Notes: generated from the letters alone by a model not told the origin. A stretch of 64,000 nt of DNA from Octopus bimaculoides (GCF_001194135.2 NC_068998.1:40610487-40674486), one strand, 5' to 3'. Counted from the first letter of the stretch, positions 37,950 through 52,900 are shown. Numbers and translations: made by a program.

Positions 37950-38535
37950 TCAGGGCGGGAATATCTTAGAGTAGAGGTTTGAGCGATTAGTTCTGATTTG
38001 GTACTTAAAAGAAAGACTGCGACTTTTAGGTAATCTGATCTGTGTCGACCTTTTTAAAAAACGAGGGTTTTGTTTTGGGGGGCTAAGTGGAGGGTTGTGT
38101 TCTATTTTTCTACTTTAATTTTAGTTTAAATTTGTCTGAACATGGCGGTATAATAATAATAATAATAATAATCCCCTTAATGTGCATCTCTGACCACGAG
38201 CAGGAGTAGTATGGGAGCATCATAGCCATGTGTTGATAGGAATTCTTTGGGTGTTTCGTTCGTCATCCTGAAACAGCCCTTATTCAGGGACCTTTTGTGC
38301 GGGATGGGCTACTCGACCTAAAGAAAATTCTAACTGGGTCCCACCTGGAAGGTCATGCGCTGTTTATCTTGATATGTGGTGCCTGGTGCACCTTTATCAG
38401 ACTGGTAGTTATGATGGATATATTTGTAGCCCAGCGTTGGCATTGATGGCATGCGCTGCTCTCTCAATAATCAATTTGTTCTCTTGTAGAAATGTTTAAG
38501 TTTAAAACCAGAGACCACATGACAACCGGAAGTCA
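37950..38535. promoter_or_regulatory. Candidate housekeeping-type promoter at the right edge of the CpG-rich block
   Basis: GGGCGGG at 37953-37959, YY1 AACATGGCGG at 38139-38148 (also reads ATG GCG|gt) and ETS ACCGGAAGT at 38525-38533. Interrupted by a repeat at about 38150-38450. Confidence 0.35.
38170..38450 (+). repeat. Interspersed repeat (family E); related inverted copy at about 2480-2625
   Basis: GAGCAGG...GGGAGCATCATAGCCATGTGTTGA matches the reverse complement of 2500-2570. Confidence 0.55.
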
Positions 38536-40912
38536 CCTCTTGACCCTCAAATTGAACCTATTTTGAAAATATGAATGGGTGGGGGATAAGAATTGTACGC
38601 AACTTCATCCCTCTCCCCCACCAACCCTGTATCGAAATGCATGTATGGGAGATTTGCTGATATTTGTTCGTGGGGGGCCTATTTGCTTCAGCCTTGAACT
38701 AATTAATTTACCAAGTTAAATTATCTGTATAAAATAGAATATAATGTAAAACAGTTGGTGTATATAGTATTTCTCCAGTTTTAAATCAAAACAAGTCTTG
38801 TGATATGTTCCAGCATGACCGCAGCCACATGGCTGAAACTAATAAAGGGACACATACACCCCCCCCACCACCACCACCAACAACAACAACTGTTTGAATG
38901 CTGTGATGTGAAAAATAGCTAAATGTTTTGAGAAGGAGCTTGGATCTGTTTTACATTTTACTCTTGGTAAATTATCGTTGATTATTATTATTAACTCTCT
39001 TGAAAAACTATTCTTATGAAATATTATGTAAATAAGGCGTCCATTGTTTTCAATGAGTGTTATTTTTTAACCCCAGCTCAGATTTGATCAAGCAGACTGA
39101 TGATTAAAAGCGTTCCAGCTGTGGCCAACTCATCTTTTTGTTTTCAGACATAATTTAATCATTCTTTCTTTTTTGTCTGGCGTATTTTATCTAGTGTGTA
39201 ATGGTTGGGAGATTTCGCTGCTATTTTTAGCAAGCCGAGTGACCATGTAGAGTGACCATGTGCATTATTTGTGTAAAGTATGTTAAATATATTTATATAT
39301 GCAACGTAAGTGTTAAAACCATCGCTGTTGTATTAAACTCCTCAGTCTGCACCTTTCATTTGCAGTGTCTTCATCTCATATAAATCTCTACGTGTCATAT
39401 AAACTGACATGTTATTGCAAGGAATCCAAAACCTTCGGTATTTGGTGACATCATGACATTGTAATAGATTCTCTTTTCTATGCTCTATAAATATGTGCCA
39501 TGTATATTAAAGTTCTGATTCTTGGCTCTTAATATTTATCTGTGTATTTAAACACAACAATGTAATATTAATAAAGTTTTTAAAAAAAATATTGCTGTTT
39601 AACCCTGGGTCTGGTCTGATTCGGTGATAGTTTTATAATCAAAGTTGCTCTACTCTCGACTAGCCGATCTATCTTACCTTCAGACATAGCATATAAGCCC
39701 CTCTACCATGGTTGCTTGATTTGCTGGGTATAGTAGCCAAATCTTACTTAAAATCATAGAACATTGGATAATGTTGGTCCTGGATGTACTACTTGGCAAA
39801 GAGACAAAATGGTCATAGGACTAATGCTTCTGATTGTTGACCTAGGGTTAAACAACAACAACATCTAAAAGCTGGGATGTTAGCTTTATAGACATCAGGA
39901 GTGTCATAGTCCTGTAATTTCATTAATGATGTTTAGCCTTGTGTCAAACCTGGCAGGACCAAACTATCATTGAAGGTATCCCTGTTATGATCATCTGATC
40001 TTACTTTTTATTCAGATAGTATCATGGACACACACGATCGAATGTGCCCTTCCTCTTTTTAGATGGCTAGGGTTTGTTTGGAGGGAGATTTGGCTGCTAT
40101 TTCAAGCAAGTTGGGAAACTGCTGCAGAGTGGTCATGGACAAACTGCAGCCTGGGGGGACTTCCTGAATGGCGTGCCTAACAAAAAAATTAACTTGAGTT
40201 TTTGATCATTTTCAAAATTAATTCAAAAACAGGCTGTGTAGTTCATTAAAGATATGATTGTGTATTGGGTTTGATATAGCTGACTCCCCTCCACACACAC
40301 AGGGTTGATTATCCCAATGATGTGTGGCACGTAAAATACACCATTTCGAGCGTGGCCGTTGCCAGTAGCGCCTGACTGGCCTTCGTGCCGGTGGCATGTA
40401 AAAGCACCCACTACACTCTCGGAGTGGTTGGCGTTAGGAAGGACATCCAGCTGTAGAAACTCTGCCAAATCAGATTGGAGCCTGGTGTAGCCATCTGGTT
40501 CACCAGTCGTCAGTCAAATCGTCCAACCCATGGTAGCATGGAAAGCGGATGTTAAACGATGATGATGATGTTTCATTCTGTATGCACTGGTATCATTATT
40601 ATTTTTATGTCTTTTCAATACTGACATGGGTTTTGGACACTTCGTTTTGAGGTGATTTTCCCAGCTGGTTCTCTTCCTGATGCCAAACCATTTAACGCTT
40701 TTGATGCCAATGTGCCTGAGACTGCTTTTGATTCTATGACACAAACTTCCTGTTTTAAAGTGATCTAAATTAAAACCATACATCAAATTTCATGTTAATT
40801 TGTGTTCCAAACACTAGCTTAATTAATAGTGACAAAGTTATTTTACTAAATTCTTCATTTTCTAAATTATTGCAAAGAAAGGAAGTATGATAACAAAAGT
40901 GTTAATCACCTC

Positions 40913-41148
40913 TTAACCTTTTTGATACCATATTTCTGTTGAAACAATGAAACCATGGCAATTGTTTCGTTTCATTTTGAAAATATTGAAGAATTAAGTA
41001 AAATAATTGTCGTTATTGGAGTTGGTATTTGGAACATAAATTAATCTGAAATTTTGATGGAAGGTTTAAAATTAGATAATTTAAAAAAACTGAATTTCTG
41101 TCATAGAATGAAGTGCAGTTTCATGTAAGTTGATATCAAAAGGGTTAA
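40913..41148. mobile_element. TTAA-flanked (piggyBac-type) MITE
   Basis: TTAA-CCTTTTTGATACCA ... TGATATCAAAAGGG-TTAA. Confidence 0.75.
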
Positions 41149-42576
41149 ACTGCACAGATACAGTGTATATAGTCTAAAAAGTGGGATTCACAGTAATTGT
41201 GTGGTGTGATTATATAAATAGAATCCTCAATTGGGAATTGAGGTAGATTTATAACCTACTAAAACTAACCATCATACATGTGGTTTATTTACTTAAATAG
41301 GTGCAGGCATGGCTGTATAGTAAGAAGCTTTGATTCTCAACCACATGGTCCTGGGTTCAGTCCCACTGTGTGGTACCTTGGGCAAGTGTCTTCTATTATA
41401 GTCTCAGGCCTATCAAAGCCTTGTAAGTGGGTTTGGTAGACAGAAACTGAAAGAAGCCGGTGAGCTGGCAGAAACGTTAGCGCGCTGGGCAAAATGCTTT
41501 GCTATTTCGTCTGTCTTTACGTCTTGAGTTCAAATTTCGCCGAGGTCGACTTTGACGTACAGATGATTTTTTTCTTTTTTTTTAACTAAACACTTTCAAA
41601 CTTCCGATACTGGTAGAATGTGTCACATAGAACAGGGTTTACTCTTAACGTTTTTGACAAAATTTTGTGTTTTAGAAGTTATTTCGTCAGAAGTTAGAGT
41701 GACAATGGACAAATTCGTGTTTGATAAGTGCCAATACTTTCAGCTTTTGACTTACTCTCTAACTTCTGCCAATGATATATATATATATATATACGTATTA
41801 CATATATGTGTAAAAATATCTCATCACACAATTGAACCAATGAAAGAGCCTCTACCTGGTCGCTCGACACACTGAAAATAATAGCCAAAGTATCCCCCTA
41901 CCTAAATCACACACCCATTGTATGTAATGTCCTAGATTATCCCTAAAAAGACGGTTTGCTGAAGGCTGGAATGTCTTTGACGATAGGTTTGCAGTATCAG
42001 GGTTGATTTCAGGCTAAATAACAACATTATGGTAAATTTCTATATTAACACCCGCATGATTTTCACTAAGAAAAAAAAACAACAAAGAATTTGATTTCTT
42101 GCATGGAATCAAGTACCCTGACCTCCTAATATACTGCAAATCCCTTATTTTGGTTTGGAAAAATGAGGTGGGGTTTCCGCCACCTTCCACCCCCGGAATC
42201 ATTGGAATTTTTTTTTCATTGAATGAATTCCTGTGACCTCCTAATATTGCAAAATTAGCTTACTTAAGGTGAGCCTGGTAACTAATGGTTTTGGAGTCTT
42301 GTTGTTTGTAACTTTTGGTGAGCCATGGTGCAACCGACATGGTAAAAATCCCTGCCATTAATTTGGTGTAGATGGGTAATATCAAATAATTCAATCACAA
42401 GCATATATTTAAATTAAACATGAAAAAAATTGAAATATTATCACTTATATGGAAAAATTGAAATATTATCTTTCAGTATTTTATAAGGTAAAATCTTGAA
42501 TTATTAATTGACACATTATTATCTTATAACAGCAATGCCTGGAAAAATCATGGATTACATGGAAAAATGTGAGCAT

Positions 42577-43098
42577 NNNNNNNNNNNNNNNNNNNNNNNN
42601 NNNNNNNNNNNNNNNNNNNNNNNNNNNNNNNNNNNNNNNNNNNNNNNNNNNNNNNNNNNNNNNNNNNNNNNNNNNNNNNNNNNNNNNNNNNNNNNNNNNN
42701 NNNNNNNNNNNNNNNNNNNNNNNNNNNNNNNNNNNNNNNNNNNNNNNNNNNNNNNNNNNNNNNNNNNNNNNNNNNNNNNNNNNNNNNNNNNNNNNNNNNN
42801 NNNNNNNNNNNNNNNNNNNNNNNNNNNNNNNNNNNNNNNNNNNNNNNNNNNNNNNNNNNNNNNNNNNNNNNNNNNNNNNNNNNNNNNNNNNNNNNNNNNN
42901 NNNNNNNNNNNNNNNNNNNNNNNNNNNNNNNNNNNNNNNNNNNNNNNNNNNNNNNNNNNNNNNNNNNNNNNNNNNNNNNNNNNNNNNNNNNNNNNNNNNN
43001 NNNNNNNNNNNNNNNNNNNNNNNNNNNNNNNNNNNNNNNNNNNNNNNNNNNNNNNNNNNNNNNNNNNNNNNNNNNNNNNNNNNNNNNNNNNNNNNNNN
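42577..43098. other. Assembly gap
   Basis: N run. Confidence 0.98.
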
Positions 43099-45107
43099 AC
43101 TGGGGTTGATTCATTCAGCTAAAATAAGTTCTTCAAGGTAGAGCCCCGGCATTGTTACAGTCTACTGACTGAAACATAAAAAATAAAAGATCTTTATGGT
43201 CTGAGTTCGAATTCCACTGAGGGTGATTTTCACTTTTCTGGGTCTGGTGGCCTGTGTCAATGAAGTACATTATCATCAATCAAATAATGAGGATTTGGTT
43301 AATTCAATTCTACCCCCCCCTCCCCCCAATGTGTGACTATGTGCCTCTGTCTCCATTAGAAACTGAAACTTATTTCTTATATTGGTACGCTTGTAGAGTG
43401 TTATAGTTAATTGTTATTAACCCAGATTTCATGCCTGGTATTTGATTTTAGTGTTTCTAATGACTGGTTTTTAACATTTTTCTTTTTTTGCTCACGATAC
43501 TCTTCTGAGCTTAACCTAATGGCCGCCTCGTTGATGTTATTACTTAAAAAAGGGGGAAAAAAGCCCCCCCCAATTATTTTGCAATGTATCTTATGAAAAC
43601 AGTCTTAGTATGTAAAAACAACCACTTCCTTACAGAAAATCCATTAATACTTTTGTTACTATAGTTCTGTTGAAATTTACTGACTTTATTTCAATTAATT
43701 TAGAAAATAATGAATTTAGTAAAATAAGCTGGTGTTGGGAGCATAACTTAACATGACATTTTGATGGAAGCTTTTAATTTAGGTCACCTTAAGAGGTCTC
43801 ATAGAATGAGAGGCAGTCTCGGCAGGTTGGTATCAAAAGAGTTAGACAACAGTACAGGCATTAGCTATTTAGGGAAGCCAAATGTTGATTTTTAAATAAA
43901 TGTACTTTATTCACAAAAATAAAATAAAAACATTCTTATAAACATAAAACGTAACTAATAAAAATATTCTTATGAATAAAAAAATATTCTTTATTCAGTG
44001 TGCTTTGTCGCTGATTTATGTTCTGTTTGTTATATCTGGTCACAAAGTTGTTAGCGACAACTGATTATCTCTCCTTATTTTGTCAATGTGCCGCAAGCTT
44101 CTGCTAGGTAAGTCACTCAGCTTAAAGCCAGCTTCAATGAAATAAATGGGTAAAAGAGTAAAGTACAACTATTGAGGATTATGACAGATCATTGTATGTT
44201 GTCTAGTAGTTAAATTTTTGTGTTGTCATTAAAAGTCCCATTTTCCTTACCTTTTTTTTGCTGTATGACTCCCTAAAACTATGGTGCTTATGGTTTCTTG
44301 TTGAAAAAGAATCATTGGCCCGAGAGATAGAAGGCAAAATCTATCTTCATGAGATGTTGGCACCATCAAATTTATTAATTTTTCATGTGGATAGATTTTT
44401 GTACCACATTTCAGAAACAAGTATCAATACACAAAAGAAATATTCAACATGAATATAAGTGGAAGAAACAGTTTAGAATAAATGTTTCTTTTTTATCTTT
44501 GTAAATATTCCATTAATGGGTTAGGTTTATATGGTAGCTGTTGTTTAGTTCTAGGTCAAACAGATCTATGATTAAAAACACTCCAGTTGTGACCATCCTG
44601 TCATTTGATATATCACAGATTATAGTCATTGTTTGATGTTTCATGGAGTGGCATGATTTTGGGAAAATTTGACTGCTATTTCTAGTAGATGGAATGACCA
44701 CAAAGTGACTCTTACCTGCCATAGATTCAACTGACATAAAATAACATGTAAACATATATACACCATCTAGTTTCATGTGATACAATGTATGGTGATACAC
44801 CTCAGCTCAGCTATGGTCCAACAGACCGATGATCAATGGCATTCCAGCCATGACATACCATTTTGACACCATTATAGTTGGATGTGATTTGAGGAAAATT
44901 TGGTTGTTATTTATAGCTGGTCATATATGACCACATAGTTGTTCTCTTAGCATTTGGTGCAGTAGTGTAGAAGTTTAGTGTATTTTTTGCATTTTTAAAG
45001 ATGGTAGGGTGTGATTTGAAGGAAATTTGGCTGCTGTTACTAGCAGGTTAAGCAAACCACTCATTTGTTTGCAGTGTGTATAATAGTTCCTAGGTTAACC
45101 TTGTAGG

Positions 45108-45477
45108 AGTGGAGGCGCAATGGCCCAGTGGTTAAGGCAACAGACTTGTGGTCATAGGATTGCGGTTTCGATTCCCAGACCAGCTGTTGTGAGTGTTTAT
45201 TGAGCGAAAACACCTAAAGCTCCATGAGGCTCTGGCAGGGGATGGTGGCGAACCCTGCTGTACTCTTTCACATCTTTCTCTCACACTTTCTTTCTGTTTC
45301 TGTTGTACCTGTATTTCAAAGGGCCAGCCTTGTCACGCTGAATATCCCCGAGAACTACGTTAAGGGTACACGTGTCTGTGGAGTGCTCAGCCACTTGCAC
45401 GTTAATTTCACGAGCAGGCTGTTCCGTTGATCGGATCAACTGGAACCCTTGACGTCATAAGCGACGGAGTGCCAACC
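45108..45477 (+). mobile_element. Full-length young tRNA-derived SINE nested in a family-D repeat
   Basis: Head GGAGGCGCAATGGCCCAGTGGTTAAGG...GGTTTCGATTCCC; 10-bp TSD ACCTTGTAGG at 45098-45107 and 45478-45487. Confidence 0.85.
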
Positions 45478-48400
45478 ACCTTGTAGGCAGACCTATGATC
45501 AAAAGCATTCCTGTTGTGAACATCTCATCTTTTTCCTTCTGTGAAGAGGACCCAGGATCACATTATCTGCGTCCATTCCAAGACAGTGTGTGTGACTTGA
45601 GGAAGACGACTGTTATTTCTAACAAATCATGCAACCACTTAGAGGCAGTTATTGACTTGTGTAGTGTGAGTTAAGGGTGATTGGACTGTTATTTCTAGTA
45701 AGTTGAGTGACAAAGTAGGAGCTTCTTCACTGATTTAAAGTAAAGGTAAAGTTTCCTTCTTGAGTCTTATCAACTCATAAGGGCCAATTTCCTGATTCCA
45801 ATGGAGTATACATTCCCCGGCTGGACAGGACGCTGGTCCATTGCAGGATTTCCCATTTTTGCTAGCTGAGTGGATTGGAGCAATGTGAAATGAAGTGTTT
45901 TGCTCAAGAACACAACATGTTGGCTGGTCAAGGAATCAAAACCACTATCTTATGATCATAAGTTCAAAACCCTCACCACTAAACCACCCACCTCCACTTC
46001 CCCATTGATGCATGATGTATTGCTCTGTGATGCTGGTACAACCTGTATACATACACACAGCAACAACTGATATTATTGTAGTGACTGTTAACTATTCCTG
46101 ATACAGATGATAACTACTAGTATTATTTTAGGGACCTTGATGACTACAGGTGTCTGTTTAGGGGATCTTGTTAGCAACTGTTCATAATATTAGTAACAAT
46201 GTTGTAAGGACCTTGTCAGTGGCCATTCATAGCAGGCCTTATGAACCTCACAAATATGAAAATAAAAATTTCACCCTTTATTATTTAAAACAGCCATATC
46301 CAGCCCAAATATTATACCCATTTTATGTTCAAAGCAGCCAGATCTGGCCTCTCACATTTATTCTGAAATGTCATTCTAAAAATAAGTAATCACATCATCG
46401 AAATTGTGAAGTTCTAAAACAATGCATGGTGAATTCAAAGCTATGTAAAAAAAGTAAGCATTGCATTTGAGAGTAATCTGAATGCTAAAAGGTTAAAAAC
46501 ATAAAATATGTAGTAACAAAGAAAAATATTCTTATGATTGACATTTTATTCAGTATGAATCTTGTCTCTTCTACATTCTGTAATATCTGCTTAGAATGAT
46601 TATCTCTCCTTACACTATCAACGCAGTCACAAGCTTTTGATAGTTTGTAAGTCACCCAAGTTGAAAGCCAACTTGTGTACAGCTTTTGATGATTATCACA
46701 GATCATCATCACCATCATCATATGCCAAGCAGTTAAATTTCTGTGCTGTTCCTAAAAGTCTGGTTTTTTTAAAATAAAATTTTCACCAGGCGCAGACATC
46801 GATGTGTGGTTAAAAAGCTTGGTTTTCATCCATGTTTCTTGGGTTCAGTCCCACTGCCCAGCACCTTGGGCAAGTGCATTCTACTATTGTTTTGGACAGA
46901 CAAAAGCCTTGTGAATGGATTTGGTAGACAGAAAGAAGCCTGTTGTGTCTGTGTATATCTTGTTTCACTTGTTAAACTGTGGCCATGCTGAGGCATGGCC
47001 TTGAGGGGTTTAGTTGAACAAATCAACCCCAGTACTTATTTTAAAAAAGCCTGTCTCATTTGCCTAACTGCTATATTATGGGGGCATAAACAAGTCAACA
47101 TCTGTTGCCAAGCAGCGGTGGTTAACACACACACACAAAATGGGTTCTTTCAGTTTCCATATAACAAATCCATTCACAAGTTTTGGTTGGCTTGGGGTTA
47201 TAGTAGAAGACACTCTCCCAAAGTGTCATGTAGTTTGGAAGCATATTTCTTATTGCACAGCCATGCCTATAATACATTTATGTGTGTTTGTGTGTACCTG
47301 TCTTGATATTGTGATGGTAGTAAATAAGTACCACTGTCATACAAGCTGCATCCTTTATTTCAGCCTTCTATGCAAAACATGACCATCCATAGGGAATATT
47401 ACATTGATTGGAAACAAGTAAGGATTGCTGACAGGAAATGCATCCAGTTGTAGAAAATTTGCTTCAACAAATTGTTTAACTCATGCAAACATGGAGAAGG
47501 GGATGCTGAAAATGATAATGATGAATCTGTTACTAAAACTGTGGTACCATATGGTTTACTGTAACAAGATGTGTCCTTGTTTAGCAGCAAAGTTGTTCTG
47601 GTTGGTTGCACTATCTTGGTGATACACCACTTTTTCTCAAGTATGCTGATGGTGGTGAAAATGGGTTAATGTCACAGTGCAGATGGTCTTATCACCAGAC
47701 TGTTGTTGTACAGCTAACTGAGAGGCTAGCATTTCATATCTTGTGAGATCTCTTTTTAGAAGAACACCACAGTTTACCACAGGTAACGTTCCTAGGTGGT
47801 CTGTTTTCCCTGATAACTAGCTTAATTAGGAAGTTATAGAATTAAATGTATAGCTCCAATAGTGTACCTGTAGTGGATTTGAACTCAATATTTTTTAAGC
47901 AGTAGTAAGGTGCCAAGCTGACAGAATTGTTAGCATGCCGGGCAAAATGTTCAGCAGCATTTTGTTTATCTTCATGCTTTAAGTTCAAATTCCGCTGAGG
48001 TTGACTTTACTTTTCATTCTTTTGGGGTAAATAAAGTAAGTACCAGCTGAGCTCTGGGGCCAATCTAATCAACTTAACCCACTCCCAAAATTGCTGGCCT
48101 TGTGCCAAAACTTGAAAGCAATATTTTAAGCAGTAGTTTTATACTATATCCATTGACTAGTTCCACTTCTGTACTGGTGTGGTATTCACAAGTAGGGCTT
48201 GTGAAAATGTCCCTGACAGCTGTGGTTACTCTGTCCAGACTGTTACACTGCCCTTCGTACAATTAATGACTGCTTGTCTGAGTGTATGGGTCCTCAATTG
48301 GGAGGATGGGACAAAGGGGATGTGGTCCAACTGGAAGGATTGATTTTGAGGTGACAGTTATTTGGTTGACTTCATGCTTGCGAAAGGACTGCTCGATCTG

Positions 48401-48606
48401 GCTGACATACATCTACATATCTATTGTGTTTTATGTGTATAAGATTTGTGTGGTTAGGTATAAATCAGAATACAATTTTCTTACGTTTTGGATATTATTG
48501 AACATAAAGCCCTAGCATGGCCACTGAATCCTGTAAAAGAACTAAAGGATAATACATTGACAGAATTGGTAGAATGCTGGACAGTTTACTCTTGTTATAT
48601 ATATAT

Positions 48607-48991
48607 NNNNNNNNNNNNNNNNNNNNNNNNNNNNNNNNNNNNNNNNNNNNNNNNNNNNNNNNNNNNNNNNNNNNNNNNNNNNNNNNNNNNNNNNNNNNNN
48701 NNNNNNNNNNNNNNNNNNNNNNNNNNNNNNNNNNNNNNNNNNNNNNNNNNNNNNNNNNNNNNNNNNNNNNNNNNNNNNNNNNNNNNNNNNNNNNNNNNNN
48801 NNNNNNNNNNNNNNNNNNNNNNNNNNNNNNNNNNNNNNNNNNNNNNNNNNNNNNNNNNNNNNNNNNNNNNNNNNNNNNNNNNNNNNNNNNNNNNNNNNNN
48901 NNNNNNNNNNNNNNNNNNNNNNNNNNNNNNNNNNNNNNNNNNNNNNNNNNNNNNNNNNNNNNNNNNNNNNNNNNNNNNNNNNNNNNNNNNN
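48607..48991. other. Assembly gap
   Basis: N run. Confidence 0.98.
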
Positions 48992-50671
48992 TGAATGTAT
49001 GATCTGGCGTTGTTTCGAAACTGTTCGGTATGAGCATGTAAGTGTGTGCAAGCTCGTATGTGTGCACGCACTTATGTGTTCGTGCTTATATGTAAGTATG
49101 TGCGTCCATATGTGTGTTTGTAACAATTTCGTTTATATCAGATCAGATAGAGACAAGTTACTGAAGAGATTGCAAGAGTGCAATGAAATAATTTAACAAA
49201 AAACTATATAAATTAATAAAGGACTGAACCAGTGCGTGTGTTTATTACCGGCATAATGCCTCTCCCAAGGTTTAATTGTATTTCTTTCAACACACGTATC
49301 CACATCAAGAATCTTGCACACGAAATACACATACGAAATCTAAAATATAGGATCTATTAAAATCCGGTGTAATTAGGTGGGTTCTGTATTGACGTGGTGT
49401 AACTGAGATCTTTGTTCTTTATTGGTCAGAGTTTACCATATAATAACTTGACCAGGAACTCTTCTCTCGAAGATGTGAGCCTAATCAAGTTTTATTGTGA
49501 AAAATCTGCAGTTCATGCATAGAAATTGTCTCTGTACTACTGATATTGTCTAAGGTAAGGCCAATATAGCTTGGCACCAGTGGTGATGGATTTGACCATT
49601 TATATATATGTTAGTAGTAGTAGAAGTAAGAGAAGGTATGTTGCAGTGATCTTGCAGAATCATGAGAGTTTTGAACAAAATCCCTTCCAGTTCTTGTTCT
49701 AGCTTTTTAATTCATGAGTTCAAATCCTGCTGAAGTCAGCTTCACCTTTCATCCTTTTTGGGTTGCTAAAATAAGTATGAGTCGCATGCTGGAGTTGATA
49801 GTATTGACTAACCTCCCTAGGTATTTATGTCACATTAATTGTTGTTGGTTTGGCCATCAGAATGCAGAGAACCAGAATAGATACCATAAGGTATCTCACT
49901 TTATTCTTTAGCATTTCTCTCATTCCACTTCGCTGGGTTGGGATTTAAATTTTTTTTTTATTTTTGTGTATTTGTTTTGATCCCAAAAGGCTAAAAAGAA
50001 AATTTGACCGTAGCTAGATTTGAACTCTGAATGCAGAGATTAGGAACATATGCTGCAAGTAATTTTATCCAACTTGTTAATGACAATGCTAATTTACCTA
50101 TCGCCATGGTAATATATCTAAAAGAGAAAAGGAAAAATGTGTGTGGATTCACTCCTGGACTGTATAACATGCTGTGTCTTGGGTATTGGCCAAGTGTTGG
50201 TCAACAATGAGGTAGGCTGGCAGGGTATTATGTGCGTTCATGATGACTTAAATTCCTAAAACGATTAGTGAAATCACGCTACATGTTGCCAAGTTATATT
50301 CACTCAGGTGTGATGGTTAGCTATGCTTTTAATATACCTGAAATTTTTTTTGTTTTTGGTAGTTTTTCCATGCTAGCATGTTGATAAGACAAATAATATC
50401 GAGGCTCTATTCCAGCCAGATGCTCTTCCTGTTGCTAACTCTTGCTCCTTTTTTAAGTAGTTTATATTCCACTTGCCATTGAAAACTCGGTGTTACAGGA
50501 TGGTTTGTTGTCAATATAAATAACATTACTGTTTTTTGCTCAAATGTTAGCCTTTCCTGTAAAGTTGTTGAATGTAAACTCATAGACATACAAGCATGCA
50601 CACATACACATGCATATATATGTGGTTGTATGATGGTGGCTGTTGTATGTGTGTGTGTGTGTGTGTGTGTG

Positions 50672-50717
<46 letters not shown>

Positions 50718-51774
50718 CATTGGAGTGACACATAAGAAACACCATTTGAGCGTGGCTGTTGACAGTACTGCCGGACTGGCCCTTGTGCCAGTGGCACGTA
50801 AAAAGCACCCACTACACTCTCGGAGTGGTTGGCGTTAGGAAGGGCATCCAGCTGTAGAAACCCTGCCAGATCAGATTGGAGTCTGGTGTAGCCATCTGGT
50901 TCGTCAGTCCCCAGTCAAACCGTCCAACCCATGCTAGCATGGAAAACGGATGTTAAATGATGATGATGATATATATATATCTTTGTTTATATCTGTGTGC
51001 ATGCAAGCTGCTCCTGTCTGGATTTACTGCATTGTAATAAATATAGTATTCAATGACTTATTAGGCTTAATTATCATGGCTTTATTTTTTGATGTTTATA
51101 CATCAGTTCTCTATATGGGGGGGTGTACATATACGCATTCTGTTTTGGAATAGTACATCTTAAAGCGCATACATAAAGGTATAAATAATGGCATGTAATT
51201 ATTAGGTTGAAAAAACTTTTTGGGGTAGAAAAAGGGGTTTTTGCCCCGATCTTTACATGCTTTTCAAGTAAGAGCTGTCTTTATTCCACTTCTTTTCAAT
51301 GTACAAAGCTACAGGACTACTTTTTAAAAGACATGATTCCCAGTGTCAAGCTTCCTTACACTTTCCATCTACTAATCCCACTCATAAGGCATTATTGGCC
51401 TGAGGCTGCAGTAGAAGGCATTTGCTCATGAGGACACACAATGAGATGGAACTTGAATTCCCATGATTACACAGTAAAGTGTTTCCACACAACTACAATA
51501 GTTGCATCTTAGTTGAAATAAAACACCAGTCAAGTATGAGGAGAGGAAGTTGGAGTGTTGTGTTTATTGCTTGACCCTAAGTAAAAGGAGACCTGTGATC
51601 AAATGTGTTCCAGTCATGGCCATCCCATCTTTCTCTTGAGCATTGTGAAATTAAGACCACTTTATCAAATTTATCTCTCAAAGATTATAAGATCTGGCTG
51701 TTGTTATTAGCAAATTAAATGATCACATAGAGGCTCATTCTTTGGCTTATATGTACTAGCAGAAGTTACCACAT

Positions 51775-52020
51775 GCATAGGTAGGCGATAGTGGTTTAGC
51801 CACGTCTGCAGGATGAGCACTAGAAGACAACCATGCTAACTTTTGTGGTGGCAGTGACCCATGCAGTGGAGGATCCAGTGCAACACAGCACACCAAAAGA
51901 AGACCTGAGTGAAATAAATTGAGGAAGACCTGAAGTCATAGCACCTCAGCATCATGGTCTGGAAAGCATAGAATAACATCATCACCAGAATCTGTCATCC
52001 AGCAGCATCCACTGCAGTGT
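51775..52020 (+). mobile_element. RTE-clade LINE, extreme 3' ORF remnant
   Basis: Translates RR*WFSHVCRMSTRRQPC*LLWWQ*PMQW...KKT*VK*IEEDLK, matching the RTE C-terminal RRLRWFGHVxRM...KKTWxxxIEEDL motif with multiple stops. Confidence 0.6.
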
Positions 52021-52534
52021 ATTGGTTGGGAGGACAGCCTCCCCCTCTGGTCATCAAATAAGGATTTTACTTACTTACCAGAAGTTGCAAATTCATACAT
52101 TTGTTGTCCTTGTTACCACGCACGCACGCACACACATACACCCACTCACTCACTCACTCTTTCTCTCTCTCTCTCTTTCTCTGCCTCTGTGCAATTTATG
52201 ACTGCATGTTTTCAGTTGTTTGATCAACTGAAGTATCTAGCTCATTGAATTATCCTCTAGGTGGCTGAATTTTCTACATACACACACATACCCTTAATGT
52301 AATTCTCAGATGGAAACTAAGAGAAGCCTGTTGTGTGAGGGTGTGTGTATTTTTTCCCCTTGTTTTGAGATCATGTAATAGCTGTTTAACCTTTTTATTA
52401 CCATATTTTGGTTAAACTACATTGCTTTTGCTTTAATTAATTTTTAAAAAAATGAATTTACTAAAATAACCTTGTTGTTAAGCTGATGTTTGGAACATAA
52501 CATGAAATTTCGACAAGTTTTAATTTAGACAACT

Positions 52535-52900
52535 TTAATCCTTTGGATGCCAGCTTATCTGAAACTGCCTCTTGTTTTATAGTGATCTAAATTCTAACCT
52601 TCCAGTAAAATTTTAGGTTATTTTATGATCCAAACACCAGCATAAGTTATTTTAATAAATTGATTATTTAAAAACTTAATTGAAACGAAAGCAGTGTATT
52701 TCAAAATCATCATCATCATCATTTAACAAGACTGCACCAGGCTTCACTGCTGTTTTGGTATGGTTTTTACAACTGGATGCCCTTCCTTATGACACTTACT
52801 TTACAGAGTGGCCTAGGTGCTTTTTATGTGGCACCAGCACAGGAAGTTCAGCTTATAGAACCAGTGGTGGTCTGAGGCAAGTTATTACCAAAAGGGTTAA
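52535..52900. mobile_element. TTAA-flanked MITE containing a SINE-C fragment
   Basis: TTAA-TCCTTTGGATGCCA ... TTATTACCAAAAGGG-TTAA with an internal catcatcatcatttaac...caactggatgcccttcc segment. Confidence 0.55.

Noticed and set aside
42508-43141. Long ORFs spanning 42.5-43.1 kb and 48.5-49.1 kb
   Set aside because: They are made of X residues from assembly N runs.
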